Source: Octopus sinensis
Taxonomy: Eukaryota
Length of the DNA stretch: 64,000 nt
NCBI RefSeq assembly: GCF_006345805.1
Contig: NC_043008.1
Location: forward strand, 76,818,001-76,882,000
Direction: 5' to 3'
Of the stretch, positions 53,767 through 64,000 are shown one piece after another. The position numbers and the translations under genes were made by a program. Within the stretch, counting starts at the first letter, position 1. Each line of letters opens with the position of its first letter. Under the pieces are notes generated by a model. It was not told where the DNA came from and searched no databases. It saw only the letters and a list, made by a program, of their open reading frames with translations.

Positions 53767-53839
53767 AGACTCCAGGGGATTCGAACCCTCGACCTCCAGT
53801 TTACTAAATTGGCGCTCTAACCAACTGAGCTATGGAGCC
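53767..53839 (-). tRNA. trnT: tRNA-Thr(AGT) gene or pseudogene
   Basis: GGCTCCA/TGGAGTC acceptor stem, GCTC/GAGC D-stem, loop TTAGTAA, TTCGAAT T-loop, and a T5 terminator about 9 nt downstream. It has one anticodon-stem mismatch and a 1-nt deletion in the T-stem. Confidence 0.8.
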
Positions 53840-54309
53840 ACCTTATGTATGCATGTATTCTGCATTTTCATGTGTTTGTGTGTTCGTATTTCTGTTTTAT
53901 GTGTGTGGGAATGTGTATGTGTGTGTGTGTATTTGCTATCTACCTCTGTCTCCTTGTGTGTGCATGCCTGAGTGTGTCTGTGTATGACTTTTTGTGGCTA
54001 TGTATGTGCGTCTGTTATGTATGGATGTGTTTCTCCGTATGTATCCTTGTGTGAAGTGTGCGTTTGTATATATGGTCATGTGTTTCAGTCTTCATTTGCG
54101 TATGTATGTGTGTAAGTGTGTGTGTGCTTGTCTGTCCATATTACCTATGTACATATCTATCTGTTTACATTCATATCCATTTACCTACATATACATTTAT
54201 ACACCCACACACACACACACACACACATACGTCTACATAGCCTATTATCTACCTGTGTATATATATATATATAACAGTGGGTTTTGGAGTATGACTACCT
54301 AATACGTAT

Positions 54310-55130
54310 ATTTCCTATTTAGTACTGGGGATGTTTCATTTATGTGGACGTACTCCTGTATTTATCTGAGTGCTGGGTCCTTCGGGTGCTTGGATAAAAT
54401 GCGGACTTCAACTTGACCCAGTGTGGCTCCATGTTGGTCTTTGGCATGTTGGTAGAGTATGGAGGACTGTTTTTGTCGTCATATTGTCTCAAATTGTCAT
54501 TTAGTTTCTCCCCAATGCTCTTAGATGTCTCACCTATGTATATCATGTTCTTGTCTTCACAAGCACCTTCTATGCACCTGATGCTGTAGACTACATTTCT
54601 AGTTTTATAGTTAATGCCAGGGGTAATCTTACATGCCATGCAGTTATCGTTGATGCATGTGGCATTTTCAAAGGGTACTTCCTACATAGTTGTGTTCTGA
54701 GTTTGGTCTCCTTCAGAACTTTTCTAAATCTTCTGACTAGTTCTCCATGGGCTGTGGCCTCTACATACATCCCTCTTTGATATTTGTCGGTCATGTACCA
54801 CGTGTTCACCCTGTTTGGTTTGTCACAAGTTCTTTGTATTTTACTCTAGTCTTTACTTCTATATCTAAGGCAGGTACCGCTGGTTTCATAACATACAATG
54901 CTATCTAACTTCTTTCTAGCAGCCCTGTTTACTCGGGCCCTATCTTTCTGATCATATCCAGAGAGTTACATGCGATGCATGAAGTTTTGTACATGTTTCA
55001 CTGTTTCAGAGGTTTTGCATAGTGTAGACACGTTATTCATTACCTTAACTAAGTCTGCTATCAGTATGTTGATTTTAATGTGGTGTGACAAAGCTGAGTT
55101 CTTGCGAAGGCTATTTGTAACGACTCCTCT
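54310..55130 (-). mobile_element. Penelope-like element C-terminal fragment (thumb plus GIY-YIG)
   Basis: KINILIADL..FMHRM*LSGY, MYVEATAHGELVRRFRKVL, NVVYSIRC..C..IYIGETSKS. Confidence 0.7.
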
Positions 55131-55415
55131 TATTGGTTAAAGAATACATCATATCAATTCCAAAGAAAACGTTTCATCCAGATGGCTACTTTACAATGAC
55201 GGACATGCCAAATAATTTAACAGAGTTCAAATTTTTTTATAAATTCCGGAGCCAACATTTCCAACATTCTGCAGAGTGATGAAAATGTTGGCTCCGGGAT
55301 TTAAAAACAAAATTTTAAGCTATGTTAAATTATTTGGAATGTCTTTCATTGTAAAGTATCCATCTGAAGAAAACGGTTTCTTTGGAATTGATATAATGTA
55401 CTCATTAATCAATTA
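55130..55415. repeat. imperfect palindrome (MITE-like, ~120-bp arms, ~20-nt spacer)
   Basis: 55142-55261 is approximately the reverse complement of 55282-55403. Confidence 0.8.
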
Positions 55416-55648
55416 AATCAGCCGTTAGAAACGGCCGCAATAGATTGACACCTGTCCATTTGTTATTTATTTATGTTATTCATGTTATTCACCTATCTCA
55501 GAACGTGCCCTTCGCATATTTTCAAGTTTATTACGGACTGTGCATTTAATAAAGTGCACATGACTGAATAGCTCAAGAGCGGATTGTATAATCAGCTGAA
55601 TCGAATTTTCTGGAAGCACGACAGGAATTTTCGTTCTGCCGGTACTTA

Positions 55649-56303
55649 CAGCCTTGGCCAAAAGTATTAGGCCACCCCATTGTTTTGGAGTTCTGCTATC
55701 TCAATGTTAATAAAACTCGTGCACATGGTAGATTATGGTATATTTCACAATAAACGTTAGTTTTAATATCTGGCTGATCCTCCTTTAGCATCAGTTACCA
55801 CTTTTATACTGTATTGTATATATGCAACCAATTATGAGTAAGACCAGCGTCTAAGATTAACTTATGTTTCCTTGATTATTTCAGAGTTTTATACTAAAAT
55901 AAGTTGTAGATACAGTTAATAAACAGAAAAACGCCTAAAACAAGGGAATTTAGTGAGTGTGAGCGAGGTCAAATTGTAGCTCATCATGAAGATGGAATGT
56001 CTCAAAGGCAAATTGCTCATAAGATGAAATGTTCTCGGTGTGCAGTGCAAACGACTCTCAAGCGCTTCAGGGAGACAAAAGATGTGATGACAATTCAATT
56101 AACAGGTAGAAAAAAGGTTACATCACCTCGTGATGACAGATCCATCATCCGTCAATCGCTCAGAAACAGGAGAGAAACATCGTCGGAGCTCAGTGCGGAC
56201 TTCAACGTGGCAAGTACTTTACAAATATCAACGAGAACTGTTAGAAAAAGGCTTGTAGAGTACGGTCTGAAAGGATGTCAAATCAGGAAGAAGCCATGGG
56301 TTC
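55649..56303 (+). mobile_element. Tc1 transposon 5' half, truncated at a microsatellite
   Basis: TA followed by cagccttggccaaaagtatt terminus; ..SQRQIAHKMKCSRCAVQTTLKRF..GRKKVTSPRDDR..STRTVRKRL..RKKPW. Confidence 0.8.
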
Positions 56304-56317
56304 TATACATACATACA

Positions 56318-56420
<103 letters not shown>

Positions 56421-56478
56421 AGAAAGCTAGATAAATAAATAAATGGCGTTAAACGCAGTTGTTGTTCATTTGTTTTTA

Positions 56479-56567
56479 CTTCCGACATAAGTTTCGAAGA
56501 AAACATTGGTATTATTCCAGAAGAAATAAAATAGTATAAAACAATGCAATCTTCTCATCAGGGAAAG
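56479..56567 (-). ncRNA. hammerhead ribozyme with extended stem II
   Basis: CTTTCC-CTGATGA-[59-nt stem II]-GAAA-C-TTAT-GTC-GGAAG. Confidence 0.65.
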
Positions 56568-56662
56568 ATTGAAACCAAACGCATCAATAAGATATCTCAA
56601 TAGAATGTGATGACTGCGTATATGATGAAGGGAATGCTAGCAAGGTTTTAAAAAAAAAACCG

Positions 56663-56835
56663 AGGCGCAGCAGTGGCATTGTGGTAAGTAGCTTGCTTAC
56701 TAACCGCATAGTTCTGGGTTCAGTCCCACTGCGTGGCACCTTGAGCAAGTGTCTTCTACTATAGCCTCAGACCGACCAAAGCGTTGTGAGTGGATTTGGT
56801 AGATGGAAACTAAAAGAAGTTCGACGTATATATGA

Positions 56836-56884
<49 letters not shown>

Positions 56885-57120
56885 CGTGTGTGTGTGTGTT
56901 TGTGTGTCTGTGTTTGTTCCCCCCACCCCAACATCGCTTGACAACCGATGCTGGTGCGTTTACGTCCCCGTAACTTAGCGGTTCGGCAAAAGAGACCGAT
57001 AGAATAAGTACTAGGCTTACAAAGAATAAGTCCTGGAACCGATTTGCTCGAATAAAGGCGGTACTGTAGCATGGCCGCAAGTGAAATGACTGAAACAAGT
57101 ATAAGAGTAAAAGAGTAAAG
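56663..57120 (+). mobile_element. SINE family A, full length
   Basis: Head gaggcgcagcagtggcattgtggtaag..gggttcagtccc..ttgagcaagtg; tail followed by (agtaaa)n. Confidence 0.85.
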
Positions 57121-57504
57121 AGATACAACGTCAAGGTAGTTTATAGAAAGAGGAGGAGGAGAAAGAAAGAAATTAGCAGAAAACTAATAGTAGAGAGATA
57201 TAGAGCGATAGGTGAATTAGAATAAAAACTAAAGGCATGGAAGGTCTTCTTACATTTCACTTCCACTAAATATATCTACTTCCATGCCTTTAGGTTTTAT
57301 TCTAATTCACCTATCGCTCTATATCTCTCCGCTATTAGTTTTCTGATAATTTCTTTCTTTCTCCTCCATCTCTTTCTATAAACTACCTTGACGTTTTATC
57401 TACTAATGGTTATTTTTTTTATAAACTTGCTAGCGTTCCCTTCATCATATACGCAGTCATCACATTCTGTTAAAATGTCTTATTGTTGTGTTTGGTTTCT
57501 TTCA

Positions 57505-57590
57505 TTCTCTGATGAGAAAATTGCATTGTTTTATATCATTTTATTCCTGCTGGAATAATACCAATGTTATCTTCGAAACATGTGTCGGAA
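57505..57590 (+). ncRNA. hammerhead ribozyme with extended stem II
   Basis: TTCT-CTGATGA(57509-57515)-[59-nt stem II]-GAAA-C-ATGT-GTC(57584-57586)-GGAA. Confidence 0.65.
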
Positions 57591-57891
57591 GTAAAAAGAT
57601 TTGAATAGCACCTGCGTTTAACTCGATGTATATATTTATCTATATTATACAAAGTATTTCACCTAAATCTTGCGTTGCTACCTTAATAGGTAGGCTGTTA
57701 CATCCTTGGTACATGTGTGAATTTTTGCAACCCTGGTAACTATGAGCAACGTGAGTGAAATGCTTTGCTCAAGAACACAGCGCAACCCACGATCTCGCAA
57801 TCGTGAGTGCTACACCCTAACCATTAAGCCATGCATACATACATACATGCATACATACATACATACATGCATACATACATACATACATACA

Positions 57892-57923
<32 letters not shown>

Positions 57924-58082
57924 AAGTATTGATAATGGCCACTTAAACATGGCTGTGCGCTAAGAAACAACAATATTGTTATTTTAATCCCTCAAAAGCA
58001 TCTCCTCTAGCTGTTATTCAGTGCGCTTCTCGCACCCAATATTTATTGCAAGCGGGAGATAACTCCTGTCAACTTAGCTCCG

Positions 58083-58123
<41 letters not shown>

Positions 58124-58299
58124 GGAGAAATTTATACAAAATGTATAGATAGATGATGAGAAAAGCACCGGCAGTTTCGATTACCATTTGTTATCCGTAG
58201 ACTTATTACAGGAACTTGGTAGTCGCGGTTGGGGTAACAGTATTAATAAGATAGAATAGAAGGAGAAAAGATTTTTTTGTGTGTGTACATAGGGTCCTC

Positions 58300-58700
58300 C
58301 TCTAGTGTTTATAGTGTACTTGTATACCACGTTCTTAGTCATGCATTGGTTATCCAAAGGACAATTGGATCTACCTTTGCCTGAGCATAACTGTTTGATT
58401 TTGTTGGCTTGTATACATCGAGCGTTGGAAGGATTGGTTCGGTATTTTGGTTGTAAATATTATCGTTTTATTATTACTAGGTGTTCTCAGTTTAATATTT
58501 GAACTGTTGTTGGTGTTATATTTTGGATGGTTATCATGGATATTGTAATTATTGCTCTGTTGGTTGGTAGTATAATTCGAGTTATAAACGTTGTCTTTAG
58601 GTTGGTCATACGAGTTATGGCTGATGTCAAGTAGGTTATTTTGAGTACTGACTAATCTTTGCCTCAGTTTACGTTTGTTAATCCTATGCACTCTATTTTT
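58300..58700 (-). mobile_element. Penelope-like GIY-YIG upstream fragment
   Basis: ..GRSNCPLDNQCMTKNVVYK.. preceded by an Asn-rich linker, like the 2.5-3.5-kb element. Confidence 0.5.
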
Positions 58701-59160
58701 ATATATGTATGTATGCATATATATCTTCAAATATGTATTAGAAGCAGCGTTAAGTTAATGTTTACAGCATTATCGAACACACATACTCAATGTACATGAA
58801 ACTGTATATATCCCGTGTCACTAAGATGTTTATCCCTATAATTATCTATAAACACACAGGTAAATGGAATTCAAGTGCAGCATACAATATTTCTGAGATA
58901 TTAGTTTTACTGTTCGTTTCCCAGTGTATATTCTAGATTGTATGTGAGCCTTTTGTATGATGCTAATTGATAGGTCAAACATGAGGAACTTGAAATTAAA
59001 CAGTCTGGATTATTTCACTGGCCTTCATGATATGTCGATTTCAGCACACCTGTTACGACCTGTTACGACTGATCTGGTAAATCATTTTATTGAATTCTGA
59101 AAGATGAAAAGGCAAATCGTCCTTAACAGGATTCGAATTCAATATTAGTGAACGAGACTA

Positions 59161-59196
<36 letters not shown>

Positions 59197-59694
59197 AAGT
59201 GAAGTTCAATCTTGCCTGCTTGCTTGCTTGCAATGTTACACAGCCAAACAAGCGCCTAATGGGAAAATACTTCGAAAGTAACATCACCCTGAAAGGGAAG
59301 AAACTTTAGCCTTTCACTTAGACACATTATGAGAGGCAAAATATTTTAAAGTAAAAATTACTGTAAAAATGCGGTAAATATTTCGTTAAAGACCGTTCGT
59401 AACCTCGTTGTGAAATAGTTTTTTTTCTTTCCATAGGTTTCTTTCGAGTACATTCAACGTATCTCAACTCCAAAAGTTTTGACTGTTATTTCTAGCACGC
59501 CATGCCACCACGTAACTGCTATTTGCGATAAAGAACCCCAAATACCTGTTACGTGGTAGCAGGGCGTGCAAGAAATAGCAGCCAGATCTTTTCTTTTCTG
59601 GGGAAAGGAACAGTTTACGCGTGATTTCTATGTCACATTCATGAAAGTATGCAAAATAACATTAAAAAAAACAACCCACGAAACAGAACTCCGT

Positions 59695-60745
<1,051 letters not shown>

Positions 60746-60755
60746 ATTACTACTA

Positions 60756-60810
<55 letters not shown>

Positions 60811-61004
60811 GTAAACCAGGCCTTCTAGCTTCTATTACTCTGTCAGTCAACCAACACTCAAGTGTGTGCATCTATTCACATAAGAATCTCAACCAACAAC
60901 CAGCACACCAGTTCAACCAACACACCAATTCAAGCACGTCCAACCAACACTACTACTACTACTACTACTACTACACTACTACTACTACTACTACTACTAC
61001 CACT

Positions 61005-62340
61005 ACTATGCTTATAATGTAATGTTGTCTGATGGTGTAGAGCTATCCAACGCTGATAAAATCCAGGATATTGAGACTAATAGATATATAGATATCTAGG
61101 GATTATAAAATACGTCAAAATCAAGGAAAGTGAAATGAAAGAAATCTTTAGGCGAGAATATCTAAGAAGAGCCAGGTTAATTACGAGAAGTAGACTCAAT
61201 GGAAAAAAAACATCATCAGGGCAATGAACACATGGACTGTTTCCTTAATGCTATACGGCGCAGGTGTTGGTCGGTGGACAAAGAACGAGCTTGAGGAAAT
61301 GGAAGGGAAAACTATAACAGTGATGACAATTAACAAGGAACGACAACCCAAAAGCGATACTGACAGACTATGTGTCTAGAAACAGGAGTGGAAGAGGTCT
61401 CATAGGATGCAAGGTCTGTGTTGTCAACGAAAACAGTCTGGGTTGGTGCATCAAACAACAGAGTGAATCCTTGCTTTCCGCTTTTAGAATTAACAAAATA
61501 ACTCCTACCGAAAATGCGATGCGCCCACAAACATTTAGAAGATGAAGAAAGAAAGAGTAAACAACTGGCAAATGAAACCACTGCATGGGCAATACGTCAG
61601 AGAAATTGAAAAAAAAAGAGACAAGATCTACACTTGGAGATGGCTAAGAAAAAGTGATATACATTGATATGCAGCGCACAAGAACAAGCTCTGAAAACTA
61701 ATTACACCAAGTTCCAAATAGAATCGCACCTTTGTAGGATGTGTGAAAGCAGAAACGAAACAATGCCACTTACTGTGAGTGAGTGTAGCAAGCTTGCCTA
61801 AAAGCACTACAAAAGGAGGCATGATAACGTGACTAAGTTCGTCCACTGGAGGCTATGTGAATAGTACGGCCTGAACAGAGCACGGAAATGGTACGAACAT
61901 GAACCAGGAGTCACCGGGAACAAAGAACATAAGATACTGTGGCATTTTACAATCCATTGTGACTCCTTAATCAAATTTCGGAGACCAGATATTGCTGTGG
62001 TAGATAAAGGAAAAAAGGAAACGAAGATCATAGACATTGCAATATCTGGAGATGCACGGATAAGTGACAAAGAACTAGAAAAGCTTGAAAAGTACAGACT
62101 GCAAAAAGGGAAAATTTCAAGAATGTGGACTATGAGGAGAGTGTCTGTCATTCCAGTAGTTGTAGATACACACGAAGCACTAACAACCAAGTTCCAGAAA
62201 TATATCAAAGAAATCGGAATTGACATGAGAACAGAGCTAGCCCACAAAACTGCTCTATTGGGGACAGCTAGGATTTTGAGATTGGTACCTATATGTTGAA
62301 TGTCTCCCACGATAATCAACAACCAAATATAAAAGCTTAT
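61005..62340 (+). mobile_element. R4/Dong-clade retrotransposon 3' half (RT end, CCHC, restriction-like endonuclease)
   Basis: YRYLGII, YGAGV..WT, RRHDNV.K.VHW.LC, KILWHFTIHCD..RRPDIAVVDK..IIDIA, TALLGTARILR; follows (CTA)n. Confidence 0.85.
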
Positions 62341-62371
62341 AATGTGTGGAACGTGACCCTGTGAAGGGACT

Positions 62372-62704
62372 AGTCGATAACATCGACCCAGTGCTTCACT
62401 GGTATTTAATTTATTGACCCCGAAAGGATGAAAGGGCAAAGTCGACCTCGGCTAAGCGCTTCGCCTGCATGCTAATGATTCTGCCAGCTCACCGCTTTAA
62501 TAATAATAATAATAATAATAATAAAAATTCTTTCCACTATAGACACAAGGCCTGGAATTTTGGGGGAGGGGGCAAGTCGATTATATCGACCTCAGTACTC
62601 AACTGGCACTTAATTTATCGATCCCGTAGGATGAACGGCAAAGTAGTCCTCGGCGAAATTTGAACTCACCCAGTCTGTGAACGGTTCTGCCTACTCGCCG
62701 TCTT

Positions 62705-62758
<54 letters not shown>

Positions 62759-62978
62759 CCTTTCTACTGAAGGCACAAGGCCTTGAAATTTGCGGGGTGG
62801 GGACTAATTGATTACATCGACCCCAGTGCTTCATTGGTTCTTAATTTATTAACCCCGAAAGAATAAAAAGCAAAGTCGACCCCCCCCCCGCGGTATTTGA
62901 AATCAGAACGTGAAGACAGACGAAATACCAGTAAGCATTTCGGCCGGCGTGCTGACGACTCTGCCGGCTCGCCTTCCT

Positions 62979-62980
<2 letters not shown>
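62372..62980 (-). mobile_element. three tandem SINE family C copies separated by (TAA)n
   Basis: The atcgacc/gaccccgaaaggatgaa core recurs at about 62390-62450, 62585-62660 and 62815-62880. Confidence 0.8.
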
Positions 62981-63029
<49 letters not shown>

Positions 63030-63052
63030 TATTATTATTATTATTATTATTA

Positions 63053-64000
63053 GGTATGAAAAGCGTGTATGAAAAGCGAGGTATGAAAAGCGTGTTAGAT
63101 TTTTCAAGGACAACAACATGTTCAAAAATAACACCAAGAATTTTTACAGGAAGATAGGAAAAACAGCGTTTACTGCAGGGTCTGTACCATCAAAAGAAGA
63201 AGTGCAGAGATTTTGGAATAAAATCTGGGCAGAAGAAAAAACACACAACGAAAAGGCCCCCTGGATTGACAGAATATCTACAGAACTGGACCCCTTAGAA
63301 GAGCAAAAGTGGGAGGGTGTCAAGGTAGAAGATATAAGATCTGCTCTCAGGAGGTCAAGCAAATGGAAGTCTCCAGGAAAGGATAAAATTCCTAACTTCT
63401 GGCTGAATGCCTTCCCAGAGAGCCATGAACTGCTAACAGAACTGTACAATGATGTTCTGCAACACCCTAGTAGGATGCCTCCTTGGCTAGTTAATGGGTT
63501 AACATTCCTGCTTCCAAAAAATGAAGAAACAAATGAACCAAAAAACTATAGACCCATAACCTGCTTAACAACTATGTACAAAACTCTAACATCTGTCCTG
63601 ACGGAATATACCTATAGTTTTTTTAACAGACAGCAGCATATTCCCTAATGAACAGAAGGATGTAAACGTGGATCCTACGGCTGTAAAGACCAACTACTCA
63701 TCAATAAGATGATCTTAGAAGATTGTCACAAACGACACAAAAACTTATCAATAGCCTGGATAGACTATAAAAAGGCTTTTGATAGCCTACCACATAGCTG
63801 GATTAGGAAATGCCTTGAAATGTATAAGATAGCACCAACTCTGCGAAACTTCTTGACTGTAAGTATGAGATCATGGAGAACCACACTAACTCTGAACAGT
63901 GACAGTGAATCCCTAAATGCTGGTGATGTAAAAATTTCGTGTGGCATTTCCCAGGGTGACTCACTGTCACCACTCCTCTTTTGTTTATCCTTAATACCTC
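63053..64000 (+). mobile_element. R4/Dong-clade retrotransposon, 5'-truncated, RT region (runs off the window)
   Basis: [64 protein letters not shown]; preceded by (TAA)n/(ATT)n. Confidence 0.9.

Larger units (their letters stand above)
56432..57640. mobile_element. palindromic non-coding element (~360-bp arms, 35-nt spacer) with a hammerhead in each arm; left arm interrupted by a SINE
   Basis: 57121-57243 inverts 57279-57401, and 56432-56662 inverts about 57405-57640. Confidence 0.8.

Overview
Eukaryotic, AT-rich, microsatellite-dense intergenic or intronic DNA. The SINE families and (TA)n/(CA)n density resemble an octopus/cephalopod genome (inferred, not confirmed by search). I found no intact host protein-coding gene; most ORFs in the track are microsatellite artefacts or transposon relics. 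The window is a nested TE graveyard: Penelope-like elements (PLEs), RTE, CR1/L2-like, Tx1/L1 and R4/Dong LINEs, Tc1/mariner elements (including a DD36E, Incomer-type copy), Helitrons, three tRNA-derived SINE families and one tRNA-Thr(AGT) gene or pseudogene. The most interesting signal is a set of short non-coding elements anchored at microsatellites, with fold-back (inverted) ends, that carry hammerhead-ribozyme cores. The clearest are two tandem hammerheads whose predicted cleavage sites are 326 nt apart (38.8-39.2 kb), a canonical minimal hammerhead in a related copy (46.7 kb), and a palindromic element with one extended-stem-II hammerhead per arm (56.4-57.6 kb). Together they look like a retrozyme-like or PLE-derived RNA element system. 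A second signal is a LINE-SINE 3' stem-loop shared with compensatory base changes. All calls were made by eye; boundaries of degenerate TE relics are approximate (tens of bp), and ribozyme activity is untested.
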